Below are positions 1-11,700 of a DNA stretch of 64,000 bases, piece after piece. The stretch comes from an uncultured Gemmatimonadaceae bacterium (lineage in GTDB: Bacteria; Gemmatimonadota; Gemmatimonadetes; Gemmatimonadales; Gemmatimonadaceae). The notes beneath the pieces were generated by a model. That model was given only the letters and a program-made list of their open reading frames with translations, did not search any database and had not been told where the DNA came from. Within the stretch, counting starts at the first letter, position 1; every line of letters starts with the position of its first letter. A program made the translations under genes and the position numbers. The stretch spans positions 800,001-864,000 of the forward strand of contig CAWHHI010000004.1 in the NCBI GenBank assembly GCA_963829055.1, read 5' to 3'.

Positions 1-139
1 CCCACGCCGCGCTGCCGCTCACGAGCGGGATCGCCCTCGTCAACGTGCCCGCCCATACCACCGTGAGAACGACCGAGGGCAGCGTCGCAAACAGCGTGAG
101 GATGAGGAACAAGCGCGTTCGGAAGCCGACTGGCCTCAC
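1..139 (-). CDS. N-terminus of a probable membrane sensor histidine kinase (partial, runs off the window)
   Basis: Manual translation from GTG at 139 with an AAGGAG SD: VRPVGFRTRLFLILTLFATLPSVVLTVVWAG..., a typical 'RTRL + TM helix' sensor start. Confidence 0.5.
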   Translation of the reverse strand, partial: MRPVGFRTRLFLILTLFATLPSVVLTVVWAGTLTRAIPLVSGSAAW

Positions 140-223
140 TCGGGCTCCTTACGGCATGGCCAAGAAGGTGGTTTCGTAGAAGATACGCTCTGGCACGGAC
201 CCTCACCACGAGCCTTCGCCACC

Positions 224-646
224 ATGAAGTTTCACACGTCGTATCTGACCTTCAACACGAAACGTCGTCAGGAGATCATTGACATCACGGACGACGTCGA
301 GAAGTGCCGGGCCGCGGCCGGGATCGACGAAGGGATGGTCCTCGTCTCCGCCATGCACATCTCGGCATCCGTGTTCGTGAACGACCACGAATCAGGGCTC
401 TGGCAGGACATCCTGGACTGGCTCGAACGGCGGATCGCGCCCTGGTCGCCTGACGAGTACCGGCACAACAGCGGGACCGGCGAGGACAACGCCGCCGCGC
501 ACCTGCGGTCGCTCACCATTGGGCACGAGGTGATTGTCCCGGTGACCAAGGGGCGGCTCGACTTCGGCCCGTGGCAACGAGTGTTCTACGGTGAGTGGGA
601 TGGCCAGCGTGCAAAGCGGGTCATCATCAAGGCCATGGGGGAGTAG
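224..646 (+). CDS. yjbQ: YjbQ/UPF0047 family protein (secondary thiamine-phosphate synthase)
   Basis: Motifs HISASVFVND, EDNAAAHLRS, LDFGPWQRVFYGEWDG. Confidence 0.9.
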   Translation: MKFHTSYLTFNTKRRQEIIDITDDVEKCRAAAGIDEGMVLVSAMHISASVFVNDHESGLWQDILDWLERRIAPWSPDEYRHNSGTGEDNAAAHLRSLTIGHEVIVPVTKGRLDFGPWQRVFYGEWDGQRAKRVIIKAMGE

Positions 647-723
647 AACCGGCGATCCTGGGGGGTCCCATTCTCGTATTCGCCAGTCTCTGTTAGTTTT
701 ACCCTTTCGGCCGCGGAGCCCGA

Positions 724-1357
724 TGGCGAACTTCTGGACGCTGGGCTGCACGCTTGGCGCGACCATGGTTCCGGTCGATCCGTGACTCGACTACCACGAG
801 CTCGAATACCTGCTTCGGCACGCGGAGATCTCTGCCGCGTTCGGGGCCGAGCGGTATGACGGCGACGACTGCCCCTCAGTGGTCCGAGGGCGTCAGGCCG
901 GGCTCTCGGCACGATCAGGAATTCCAAGGGCGTGCGTCGCTTCGGCTGCTCCAGGCCGAGCGCGTCGCGATCCTTGGCGGCGTGCCGGTGATGTTCCACC
1001 TGTTGATGCGGGATGCCACGTCGTGATCCGACCGTCAGGTCCGTGGATTTCGTGAACCGGCGCCAGTTCGCGCCGGGAAGTTTTTTTGTCGCTGGTGACG
1101 CGAGCATTGATGCAGGCATTGATGCGAGCATCATCGACGACATCGGATGTGTGCGGATCGTCGGTCGCCGTCGCGAAACGATCCTGCGAGGGGGACATCA
1201 GGCTCCCCCGTGCGAGGCGAACGATCTGCTCCGTGCGCATCCGGCAGTGAACGATGTCCGCGTGATCGGCGTTCCCCATGACGTCCTGGGTGAGCTGGTG
1301 TGCGCGTGCATCGTCGGGTTCCCCGTCTCGTTCGCTTCTTTGACACGCTCCCCATGA
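724..1357 (+). pseudogene. Degraded acyl-CoA synthetase / AMP-binding enzyme remnant
   Basis: Fragments in different frames with a stop and large deletions: GATMVPVDP*LDYHELEYLLRHAE; ERVAILGGVPVMFHLLM; RIVGRRRETILRGG...LRAHPAVNDVRVIGVPHDVLGELVCACIV. Confidence 0.7.
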
Positions 1358-1433
1358 CCGGGAGTAGCACCGCGAAGCGGCGAGCGCTCGGGCGCACGCG
1401 TGCGCCCGACCACACCGCCATCCTAGGAAGTTC

Positions 1434-3338
1434 ATGAACTCACGTCATCCGCGGCCGCCTCGCGCCCCCATCGCCCCGATTCACCGGGGTCCCCAGGCGA
1501 TATCGGCCAGCAGCGGCCCGATTCACACGCACGCGCCTAACGCCGCGCTCCTCATCGACTTCGACAACGTCACGATGGGGATTCGCTCCGACCTGCAGCA
1601 GGAGCTTCGCCATCTCCTCGGGTCCGAGATCATCAAGGGCAAGGTGGCCGTGCAGCGCGCGTACGCCGACTGGCGCCGCTACCCGCAGTACATCGTCCCG
1701 TTGGCCGAGTCATCGATCGACATGATCATGGCGCCGGCGTACGGGTCGTCGAAGAAGAACGCGACCGACATCCGTCTGTCCGTGGACGCCATGGAGCTGG
1801 TGTTCACGCGTCCCGAGATCGGTACGTACATCCTGCTCTCCGGCGACTCGGACTTCGCGAGCCTCGTGACGAAGCTCAAGGAATACGGGAAGTACGTGAT
1901 CGGCGTCGGCATCCGGGAGTCGTCGAGCGATCTCCTCGTCATGAACTGCGACGAGTACTACAGCTACAACGCGCTCGCGGGGCTGGTGAAGGCGGGTGAC
2001 GAGGAAGTCGTGAAGTACGACCCGTGGGAGCTCGTGAGCGAGGCCATCAAGCGCATGGCGCAGAACGGCGACGTTATGCGGTCGGATCGCCTGAAGCAGG
2101 TCATGCAGGAGATCGACAATTCGTTCGACGAGAAGAACCTCGGCATCTCGAAATTCTCGCGCTTCTGCCTCGAGGCCGCGCAGCGCGGGCTGATCTCGGT
2201 GAACAAGCTCGAGAACGGCCAGCTCGAAGTCGCGCTGCCGCGCGACGTCGGCGCCGTAGCTGGCGACGCGGAAGACGCGACGCCGCGTCTCGTAACGTTG
2301 CCTGACGAGAATGGCGCACGCGCGCCGCGGGAAGGGAAGGAGGGGCGCGAGGAGCGTGGTCGTCGCGGACGTCGCGGGCGTGGACGTGGGCGCGACCGCG
2401 AGGATCGTGGACCGCGCGTCGACACCTCCGTCGTGGCCGCGGGTGATGTGTCCGTGGCGCCGGAAGTCGACGAAGAAGATACGGCTACGCCGCCACACGG
2501 CGACAAGCTCGCGCACTCGGCGGCGCCCTCTGATACACCCGGTCGTACCGCGGCGCAGCCAGAGCCTGTCACGGCCACCGCGGGCGCGGTGTCGAGTGGA
2601 ATCGGTTCGAGTGGCGAACGCCTAACGCGGCAGGAAGCGTTCAGCCTCGTCGGCCGCGCTGTTGCCGCGCTCACGTCCGGCGATCGCGCTGTCCCGGCGA
2701 GCCGCGTTCGCGAGCAGGCCTTCACGCTCCTCGGCCGCGATAGCGAGAGTCTCAGCGAGCGCAACTTCATTCGCATCCTGAAGGACGCGCATGATGGTGA
2801 TGTGGTCGACCTGCGGCGTCGTGGAGATGACTACGAGGTCGCAGTGGCGGCGCAGGTCGCACCTGTCGCCGACCAGTTGAACCGCGCAGCGGCAGCAAAC
2901 GCGCCTGCGGCGCGGCCGGCTAGCGCGGCGCCAGTTCCACGAGGCATGGGGCCGCGTGGCGCGGGCGTACGCGGTCGCGGGCCGGCCGGCCGTGGGTCGG
3001 CGCCGCCGCCGGATCTGCTGTTGTTAGGCGTCGTCGAAGAAGCAGCGCCGCCGGCTACCACGATTACCGCATCGCTTACGCCGGTCGAGGACCGTCCCGA
3101 ACCAGCCGATGTGGAGGCACCGGTCGCGATCATCGAGGACGCCGCCGCACCGAAGCGTGGACGAGGCCGCAAGAAGGTCGCGGCGAAGAAGGCCGCGGCA
3201 AAGACCCCGCGAGCCACTCCCCCTGCTGCACCCGCGCCTGAACCCGTGGCGGAGGTGGCGGCGCCGCCGGCCGGGCGCCCTGCGAAGTCGCGGCGCGGTC
3301 GTGGGAAGAAGAAGGTCGTCGCAGCGGTCGAGGGATGA
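1434..3338 (+). CDS. NYN (LabA/DUF88) domain protein with OST-HTH/LOTUS domain(s) and basic low-complexity tail
   Basis: [25 protein letters not shown] and [11 protein letters not shown] motifs; [22 protein letters not shown]-like segment; K/R/A-rich C-terminus. Confidence 0.85.
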   Translation: MNSRHPRPPRAPIAPIHRGPQAISASSGPIHTHAPNAALLIDFDNVTMGIRSDLQQELRHLLGSEIIKGKVAVQRAYADWRRYPQYIVPLAESSIDMIMAPAYGSSKKNATDIRLSVDAMELVFTRPEIGTYILLSGDSDFASLVTKLKEYGKYVIGVGIRESSSDLLVMNCDEYYSYNALAGLVKAGDEEVVKYDPWELVSEAIKRMAQNGDVMRSDRLKQVMQEIDNSFDEKNLGISKFSRFCLEAAQRGLISVNKLENGQLEVALPRDVGAVAGDAEDATPRLVTLPDENGARAPREGKEGREERGRRGRRGRGRGRDREDRGPRVDTSVVAAGDVSVAPEVDEEDTATPPHGDKLAHSAAPSDTPGRTAAQPEPVTATAGAVSSGIGSSGERLTRQEAFSLVGRAVAALTSGDRAVPASRVREQAFTLLGRDSESLSERNFIRILKDAHDGDVVDLRRRGDDYEVAVAAQVAPVADQLNRAAAANAPAARPASAAPVPRGMGPRGAGVRGRGPAGRGSAPPPDLLLLGVVEEAAPPATTITASLTPVEDRPEPADVEAPVAIIEDAAAPKRGRGRKKVAAKKAAAKTPRATPPAAPAPEPVAEVAAPPAGRPAKSRRGRGKKKVVAAVEG

Positions 3339-3971
3339 CTGCTGCGCGCTCAGGCCGCGCGCTTCCGATGTCGTTTTACGATCGCCCCACCGAGCAGGTC
3401 GCGCGCGACCTGCTCGGTGCGGTGCTCGAATGCACCACACCATTGGGGACGGCCTCGGGCAGGATTGTCGAAACCGAGGCCTACCTTGGTCCTGATGATC
3501 CGGCCTGCCACGCGGTAGCAGGACTTACGGAGCGTACGCGGAACCTCCACGGTCCCCCGGGCATTGCGTACGTGTATTTCATCTGACGGCGTCCACTGGT
3601 GCTTCAACGCCGTCACACGCGAGGAAGGGCATGGGAGCGCGGTTCTCGTCCGCGCCGTGGAGCCCATCGCCGGCGTGGACCTGATGCGCGAGCGCCGCGG
3701 CAATGTCCGCCGCGATGTGGACCTGACGAACGGTCCTGGCAAACTATGTCAGGCGTTAGGCATCGACGGGGCGATGGATGGGACGCGCCTGACTCAGCCA
3801 CCGTTGCGGATTCTCGCCGCTCCCCCGGTCGAAGACGGCGACGTCGAAATCACTCCGCGCATCGGGATCACACGTGCGGCGGACTGGCCGCTTCGCTGGC
3901 TCGTTCGCGGCAACCCGTATGTCTCGGCCACTCGCCCACGCTCCACCAAGCCGCGCCGCCGCTCCGTGTGA
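3335..3971 (+). CDS. mpg: DNA-3-methyladenine glycosylase, MPG family (frameshift near 3585)
   Basis: VARDLLG, IVETEAY, AYVYFI(Y)[19 protein letters not shown] and PRIGI split over two frames. Confidence 0.9.
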
Positions 3972-3990
3972 TCACTTCGCACACCACGCA

Positions 3991-4027
3991 CGAAAAGAGG
4001 GCCGCACTTTCGTGCGGCCCTCTTTCG
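3991..4027. terminator. Bidirectional intrinsic terminator
   Basis: gaaaagagggccgcac-tttc-gtgcggccctctttcg hairpin between convergent genes. Confidence 0.75.
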
Positions 4028-4050
4028 GTTCGGGGTTCCGTATTCCCGAT

Positions 4051-4717
4051 CTAGTGCAACTTCTCGATGGCGTCCACCACGTTGTAGCGCAGACCGGCTT
4101 CGATGAGGTACGTGTTCGGCATTGCCATTGATGAGGAAGCGATTGCGCGTCGCCATCGTGGACGCCTGTACGAACAGCGCGGCGCGCTGGAAATCGTACT
4201 GGCTCCCGAGTGTGAAGACCGGCGTCGTGCGGCTGCTCTGATCCTCGACGGTCCCGAAAATCAGGGCCTGGCTCGCTGGGCTGGCGAACGTGCCCTGTGG
4301 CTGCGCATCGCGGATCGAGATCAGCGAGTAGCCGAGTCCGGCGTACGGACGGAACGAGCCGAACTGCTTCGGAAACGCGAACAGCTGGATGTTGTAGCGG
4401 CGCGAGTCACTGATGTCGACGACACGCACGGAACCCGGGCTGGTCGGGTCGAACACACCACCCTGCGTGTCGAAGAACGACTGCTCTACCGACACATACA
4501 TCGCGATCCTCGTGCGAGTGATCATCCATTCGCCACCAACGGTAGGTGCCGAGATGTCTTCGGCGGCAGCGCCGAACATTGAGACGCCGCCCTTTGCGCC
4601 CCAGTACCACGAGTCGGTGAAGGAGCGAGCCTTTTGCGGGACCTGCTGCGCGGCAGCGATAGCCGGCAGGAGAGCCGCGCAGGCCAGTCCTACGGTCAGT
4701 GTCCGAATCGTTCGCAT
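4051..4717 (-). CDS. Secreted outer-membrane beta-barrel-like protein (frameshift near 4120)
   Basis: Signal peptide MRTIRTLTVGLACAALLPAIAAA; alternating beta-strand pattern (RPYAGLGYS); corrected C-terminus NTYLIEAGLRYNVVDAIEKLH*. Confidence 0.65.
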
Positions 4718-5045
4718 AGCTGAGCCTCTGATGACGCGCGTGAAAGTCAGCGCCGTCCACGCGGCGCGATGTGCCGAAGATCACGTTTCCGCAGACAACG
4801 CGTCTGCGTCTCGCGAATTCATGTCAGAGACGAGAACGCCGGCAGAGTGGTCACGCGCGGACAATACGTTATGCGGTGTGATGCACGACACACTGGCTGT
4901 GACGCCGTGGATTCGAGAGCATAACGCGTGCGCGTTAGGCGCCTGGCTCATCGCGCCAGGGTCGGTGAGAACTGCGATTGGGCGGATGACACGGACAACG
5001 GCCGGATACGGCTTTGCATCGACGCTGGCTCATCGCCGGACCCTG

Positions 5046-5098
5046 AATGAAAGGGAACGGCCGCTCGGGAGACGCCTGCGTCCCGAGCGGCCGTTCCC
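5046..5098 (-). terminator. Strong intrinsic terminator hairpin
   Basis: gggaacggccgctcggga...tcccgagcggccgttccc perfect stem followed by TTTC on the minus strand. Confidence 0.7.
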
Positions 5099-5331
5099 AA
5101 GAAATCCCGGCTCGTTGCGCGAGGAGCCGTCCCGAACGCGATCTATCCTGCTTCTTCCGCGTCATCCGCGAAATCGTTGTTCGCCCAAGCCGCGGCGCGA
5201 TGATGCCTGAATGCAGAGCCGTATCCGGCAGTTTCGCAGTACAGATCCGCACAATCGTCGTTCCCACCGGCTCCGGGAAGATGATCTCGAAGCAGGGTCA
5301 TCGTCCCACTCGTATCAGCGACGATCGCAGC

Positions 5332-6537
5332 TTAGATGATGCCGAGCTTCTTGCCCACCGTCTTGAACGCCGCTAGCGCCTCATCGATGTCCGCCTTCGT
5401 GTGCGCCGCCGACAGCTGGCATCGGACACGCGCCTGACCCTGCGGTACCACCGGATAGCCGAAGCCCGTCACGAACACGCCCTGCTCGAGCAGCATGTCG
5501 CTCATCTGAATCGCCAACGCGGTCTCGCCGACGATGATCGGCACGATCGGCGTCTCGCCCGCCAGCGGCTTGAATCCCGCTTCGGTGATCGCGTCCCGGA
5601 AGTAGCGCGAGTTCTCGCGCAGGATCGCTACTCGACCCGGATGCTTCTCGACGAACTCGATCGCCGCGAGGGAGCTGGACGCGACGGTTGGTGGAAGCGC
5701 ATTCGAGAAGAGCTGCGGACGCGAACGCTGCGTGAGGATGTCGCATAACGCGGTGGATCCCGCGACGAACCCGCCCGCCGCACCGCCGAGCGCCTTGCCC
5801 AGTGTGGACGTGATGACGTCCACCTCGCCGAGCACACCATAGTGCTCCGCTGTGCCGCGGCCGGTCTCACCGAGCACGCCGGTCGCGTGCGAATCGTCCA
5901 CGGCGAGTATGGCGTCGTAGCGACGCGCGATATCGATCAGCTCCGGAAGCTTCGCGATCGCCCCTTCCATCGAGAACACGCCGTCGGTCCAGATGAGGCG
6001 CCGCCTCGCGCCCTTCGCCTGCTCGAGCTTCGACACGAGATCGTCGAGGTCGCCGTGACGGTAGACGGCGCTCGTGCACTTCACGATCGACTTCGCGAGT
6101 CGGATGGAATCGATGATCGACGCATGATTCAACGCGTCAGAGACGACGAAGTCGCCCTCCTCGAGCACCGTCGACGTCAACGCTTCGTTCGCGCTCCAGG
6201 CGGAAACGAACGTGAGTGACGACTCCGCGCCGACGAATCGGGCGATAGCCTCCTCGAGCTCGCGGTGGATAGTGAACGTCCCGCAGATGAAGCGAACGCT
6301 CGCCGTGCCCGCACCGTACCGCCGCAGGCCGCGAATGCCCGCTTCGACCACACTGGGCTCATTGCAAAGCCCGAGGTAGTTGTTCGACGAGAGGATCAGG
6401 ACTTCGCCTCGCCCTTCCATCTGCACGCGCGCGGACTGCGGCGAGTCGAGGAAGTTGAGGCGCTTGTAGACGCGGTCGGTCTTGAGTTGCTCGATACGCG
6501 CGTCGAGCTGTGACGTGAAGGCAGTGTTCAGCGACAT
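5332..6537 (-). CDS. kbl: Glycine C-acetyltransferase (2-amino-3-ketobutyrate CoA ligase)
   Basis: SSNNYLGL, SVRFICGT, LNHASIIDSIRL, TSTLGKALGGAAGG; adjacent to tdh. Confidence 0.93.
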   Translation of the reverse strand: MSLNTAFTSQLDARIEQLKTDRVYKRLNFLDSPQSARVQMEGRGEVLILSSNNYLGLCNEPSVVEAGIRGLRRYGAGTASVRFICGTFTIHRELEEAIARFVGAESSLTFVSAWSANEALTSTVLEEGDFVVSDALNHASIIDSIRLAKSIVKCTSAVYRHGDLDDLVSKLEQAKGARRRLIWTDGVFSMEGAIAKLPELIDIARRYDAILAVDDSHATGVLGETGRGTAEHYGVLGEVDVITSTLGKALGGAAGGFVAGSTALCDILTQRSRPQLFSNALPPTVASSSLAAIEFVEKHPGRVAILRENSRYFRDAITEAGFKPLAGETPIVPIIVGETALAIQMSDMLLEQGVFVTGFGYPVVPQGQARVRCQLSAAHTKADIDEALAAFKTVGKKLGII

Positions 6538-6595
6538 GGCGAAGTTATCGTTGTGCTTGTCGTGTACTCGTGTGTATTCGGGGAGGCGCCGCGCG

Positions 6596-7621
6596 TCAGG
6601 CAATCTCGAAGATGACCTTACCAGCCTCGCCCGATTTGATCACGCGCATCGCTTCATCAGCCTGCTCCAGCGGAAAGCGATGCGTGATGACTGGCGTGGG
6701 ATCGAACTCTCCGGACCGCAGGAAGCGCGTCATCTTGTGCCACGTGTCGTACATGCGCCGTCCAACGACGCCGTAGATCGTGATGCCTTTGAAGATGACT
6801 TCCGTGGCGAAGTTCACCTCCATGGGCTTGGCGGGAATGCCAAGCATTTGCACACGCCCGCCGACGCGCACGAGCGCGAACGCCTGATGAATCGCCGACG
6901 GCACGCCGGACATCTCGAGCACGACGTCCACGCCGAGTCCGTCAGTGGATGCCTTCACTGCCGCTTCGGCATCCTTGGGGTGCACGACGTCATGCGCACC
7001 CATGCGCCTCGCGAGATCGAGCCGCCGCTCATTCACGTCCGATGCGATGATGCGTGAGGCCCCCGCCGCCTTGCAGATGCCGACGGCAAAGATGCCGATC
7101 GGCCCACAGCCCGTGATCAACACCGTCGACCCGGGTATGTCGGCCGTGAGCGCCGTATGGAACGCGTTGCCCATCGGATCGTGGATGCCGCCGATGTCGA
7201 ACGAGACGTTGTCATCGAGGTGCCACACGTTCACCGCCGGCATCGAGATGTACTCGGCGAAGCAGCCATCGCGGTCGACGCCGATGATCCGCGTGAACGG
7301 ACAGACGTGAGCGTTACCGGTGCGGCAGAGCAGGCAGCGCCCATCGACGATGTGCCCCTCCGCCGTCACGCGATCACCTTCGCGAACATCGGTGACGAGC
7401 TTTCCGACCTCCACGACGTCGCCCGCGAACTCGTGGCCAACGACGATCGGCGGCTTCACACGACCGCGCGCCCAGTCGTCCCACTCGTAGATGTGCACGT
7501 CGGTGCCACACACGCCGGCGCGCCGTACTCGAATCAACACCTCATCATCGCGAATCGTGGGAACCGGGACGTCCTTGAGGAGGAAACCAGGGCCTGCGGT
7601 CTCCTTCACGAGCGCTTTCAT
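6596..7621 (-). CDS. tdh: L-threonine 3-dehydrogenase
   Basis: CGTDVHIYEWD, GHEFAG, VTAEGHI, DPMGNAFHT, GRRMYDTW. Confidence 0.95.
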   Translation of the reverse strand: MKALVKETAGPGFLLKDVPVPTIRDDEVLIRVRRAGVCGTDVHIYEWDDWARGRVKPPIVVGHEFAGDVVEVGKLVTDVREGDRVTAEGHIVDGRCLLCRTGNAHVCPFTRIIGVDRDGCFAEYISMPAVNVWHLDDNVSFDIGGIHDPMGNAFHTALTADIPGSTVLITGCGPIGIFAVGICKAAGASRIIASDVNERRLDLARRMGAHDVVHPKDAEAAVKASTDGLGVDVVLEMSGVPSAIHQAFALVRVGGRVQMLGIPAKPMEVNFATEVIFKGITIYGVVGRRMYDTWHKMTRFLRSGEFDPTPVITHRFPLEQADEAMRVIKSGEAGKVIFEIA

Positions 7622-7729
7622 CTGATGAGGGCTGGTAGGCGGAGGCTGACGACTCGCGCGACTCGGCGTGATTCGCGCGCGGTTTGCGCTCGGAAAGCTG
7701 GCCGCTCGGGTTGAGAGAGGGAAGCGGGA

Positions 7730-8522
7730 TCAGATCAGCGTCTGGATCTGACCACCATCGACCTGAATCGCCGTGCCGGTCACGAAGCTCGCACGCTCGG
7801 ACGCGAGGAATGCCACGACGGCGGCCATTCTCCTTAGGCTCACCGGCGCGCCCGACTGGAATGCCCCCAGCGCGAGTCTGCAGAAGCTCGTCCACAGGTC
7901 GCTGCTCGCGGGCCGCGCGCATCTGCGCGAGCTCGAGCGCGCGCGGCGTATCGAAGTGGCCCGGGAGTACTGTATTCACGAGCACGTTGTCGCGCGCGCA
8001 TTCGTTCGCGAGCGTTTTCGCGAAACCCAGAAGGCCGGCGCGTGCGGTGTTCGACAGAATGAGTCCGGCCACTGGCTGTTTGGCCGCCATCGACGTGAGA
8101 AAGATCACGCGCCCCCACTTGCGAGCGCGCATACCCGGAACGCAGGCGCGCGCGAGACGAATCGAGCTCAGCAAGTTGAGCTGGATTGCGGCGACATACT
8201 GCTCGTCGCTCGTTGAATCGAAGAGCGTCGACGGGGGACCGCCTGCATTCGCGACGAGGATATCGATTGGCCCGAGCGACTCCTCGACGGCGCGCGCGAT
8301 CCGATCGGGCTCGCCATCCTTCGCGACATCACCGACGATGGGCAGCACGCGCGTTCGCGCAACCTTGAGGATGTCGGCGGCGGCCTGATCCAACTCCGTC
8401 TTTCGACGCGCGACGATGCCGACACTCGCGCCTTCGCACGCGAGCTCTCGTGCGATCGCGAAGCCGAGTCCGGAGGAGGCTCCGGTTACGAGGGCAACCT
8501 TACTGGTGAGCTTGAGGTCCAT
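7730..8522 (-). CDS. SDR family oxidoreductase (frameshift near 7830)
   Basis: ALVTGASSGLG, VANAGGP, LILSNTARAG; corrected tail AFLASERASFVTGTAIQVDGG. Confidence 0.88.
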
Positions 8523-8535
8523 GGGAGATGGTGTG

Positions 8536-8703
8536 TGTCATTCCGAGCCGAGAGCCGAAGGCCCGCAGTCGAGGAATCGGTTGTCATTCCGAGCGAAGTC
8601 GAGGAATCGCGATCTACGGATAGAGGGGCCCTCTGTCGGGACGATTACGATTCCTCATCTGCCTACGTTCCGTGGGCTTCCGGCTTGCTCGCTCGGAATG
8701 ACA
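8536..8703. repeat. REP-like palindromic element, family A copy 1
   Basis: tgtcattccgagc...gtcgaggaatc...gattcctc...gctcggaatgaca; related to copies at 35168, 48336 and 62111. Confidence 0.85.
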
Positions 8704-11700
8704 GCCGGCTCGGAATGCGTGGCAGTCGTCGCGACAGCGTTCAGCGTCGTCGTCGCGCACCGGTGCGAGCTTCACAGCGCACACCTTGAACTCCGGAATG
8801 CCTGCGTACGGGTCGAGCGCCGGATTCGTCAGCAGGTTCACTGCTGCTTCGCGATAGTGCATTGGCACGAACACCTGGTGCCGTGCAACGCGCCCCGAGA
8901 TCCGCGCCGCGATCCTGATGCTGCCGCGTCGTGAGCTGATCGAGATCACCTCGCCGTCACGCACCCCGAGCGCTTCGGCGTCAGCAGGATTGAGCTCGAC
9001 CGTCGGCGTCGATTCTCGTGCATCGAGCGCGAACGAGCGGCGGGTCATCGTTCCCGTGTGCCAGTGATACATCTGGCGACCCGTGTTCAGGAAGAATGGA
9101 TACTCGTCGTCAGGCAGCTCTGCCGGCGGAAGGAACTCGACCGGATGGAACGACGCCTTCCCGTCGGCCGTCGGGAAGTTCTCGTCGAACAGGTACGCCG
9201 TACCGGGATGCGAGAAGTCGAGCACCGGGTACTGCAGCCCGGGCCCGCCATCGAGCCGAGCGTGCGACACACCACGCCACGACGGCGTGACGCGCGCGAT
9301 CTCGTCCATCACGTCGGCCGCGTTATGGAAGTTGGTCGGCAGTCCGATGCGGTTCGACAGGTCGATCACGATTTCGAGATCGCCGCGTGCATCGCCGGGC
9401 GGCTCGACCGCTTTCTTCGCGAGTTGAATGCGTCGTTCCGTATTGACGTACGTCCCGTCCTTCTCGGCGAACGATGCCCCGGGAAGGACGACGTCCGCAT
9501 AACGCGCCGTCTCGGTGAGAAAGAGATCCTGCACGGCGAGAAACTCGAGCTCGCGGAACCAGGTCTCCGCGTGTGAGACGTCCGGGTCCGAGATGATCGG
9601 GTTCTCGCCCATGATGAACATCCCGCGCACCGGACTCCCTTCTTTCGCGATCTGCGTGACCTTGAGCCCTGGCGTGAGCGGTATGCGCTCGTCAGGCACC
9701 CCCCACGTGCTCGCGAAGGTATGGCGAATCGCCGGATCGGTGACCGTCTGATAGTCCGTGTAGAACATTGGGATCGACCCGACGTCGCTCGCGCCCTGCA
9801 CGTTGTTCTGACCGCGAATGGGAATCATCGCCGCGCCCCAGCGGCCGATCGATCCTGTCGCGAGAATGAGATTGAGCAGCGCGGTAACGATATCCGTGCC
9901 GGTGCTGTGCTGCGTCAGCCCCATCGCCCAGAGCGTCGACGAACGAGGCCCGCGCGCGTAGATCTCCGCGGCCCGTCGGATAAGGTCGGCGCTCACGCCC
10001 GTGATCGTCTCACCGCGCTCTGGCGTGTACGGTGCGACGGCTTCACGCACCTTGTCGAAGGCGTGCGTGCGCCTGGCGATGAACTCGCGATCCTCGAGCT
10101 CGAGCGCGAGGATGTGGTGGAGCATCGCGTTCATCAGCGCGACGTCGGTGCCCGGCAACGGCTGCAGATGAATGTCCGCTCGAGCCGCGAGCTCGATGCG
10201 TCGCGGGTCGCACACGATGAGCGTGGCGCCGCGCTTCACCGCGCGCTTGATCGCCGCGCCGAATACGGGATGCGATTCCGTGGTATTCGCGCCGAGCAGG
10301 AAGAGGACGTCCGTCTCGAGCTCGATCTCCCGCATGGAGCCTGACGCGGCGCTCGTGTTCATCGCGCGCTGCATGGCGCTCACGGATGACGAGTGACAGA
10401 GCCGCGTGCAGTGGTCGACGTTGTTCGTGCCGATGCCAGCGCGGAACATGCGCTGCAGGATGTAGTTCTCCTCGTTCGAGCACTTGGCCGACTGAAAGAC
10501 GGCGAGTGAGTTCGGGCCTTGTGTGTCGCGGAGCCTCACGAGCTCCTGCGCCGTGAGATCGAGCGCCTCATCCCATGTCGCCTCGCGGAACATGGAGTAC
10601 CACTCGGATGGCGTGGATGCGCGATCGCGAGGATCGCCGAGCGGTGATGGGCCCGTGGGCGCGGTGCTCAACGGATTCGTTCGTGGACGACGCTTGTTCG
10701 TACGCGACTCGTCTTTCACCTCGAGCCATGGGCCGCCGCGTCGTGGCCACGGGCTCCCATCGGTTGATCGAGCAGCATCAGCGGCATCGTACACCCAGCG
10801 ACCATCCTGCTTCTTCCAGCCGCGGCGAATGAGCGGACTCGTCAGGCGGTCACGATGCTGCGCAAAGTCATAGCCGAAGCGGCCCTTCACGCAGGTGGAT
10901 CCCTGGTTCGGCGTATCCTCTTCGATCCACGGACTCTTCACGTGAATCACCTGATTGTCCTTTACCTGCAGATCGATCTGACACCCGACGCCGCAGTAGG
11001 GACAGACGCTGCGGACAGTTCGATCGAGAACAGGGAGCCGAGTCGAGACTTCACGCTCGGCGCGTCCGTTCCCGTTATGCACGGATGCTCCCTCTCCGTT
11101 GCTCCGGCCGTTGCCACGCGTGCTCCCGTTGTGATCGCCGTTCCCATCCGAGGGGCGTGCGAGAGAGAGGATGTCGTGAATAGCGCCTGTGGGACACACG
11201 CGCACGCATTCACCGCACCATGTGCATCCCGCGTGCTCCGGATTGCCATCCGCACCGACAATGATCTGCGCGTGATCGCCGCGATGCGCGACGTCGAGCA
11301 CGCCGACAACCTGAATGTCCTCGCAGGCGCGCACGCACCGGGTGCAGAGGATGCACGTCGACATGTCGTGCTGAATGATCGGATCGCCATCGCGGTCGTC
11401 TCCCTCTCTGAGCGGAAGTCCCGAGCGGCGCGCCGTCGGTACATCATAGCGCTGAACGAGCGACTCGAACTCGTTACGCGCACCGACGCGCGGAATGTCT
11501 TCCGCGGGGTACCGCTCGAGGAGCATCGACAGCACAGCCTGACGATTCTTCCTCGCGTCATCGGACTCGGTGTGCACACGCATCCCATCCGCTGCGGCGG
11601 TAGCGCATGAAGCAACGAGCTTGGGAGATCCTTCCACCTGCACGAGGCAGATTCGACAGTTACCGACGACTGGCAACTTCGGATACCAGCACAGCGTCGG

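Noticed and set aside
10400..10425. Selenocysteine recoding in the formate dehydrogenase
   Set aside because: The active-site motif DHCTRLCH is encoded with Cys codons; there is no in-frame TGA.
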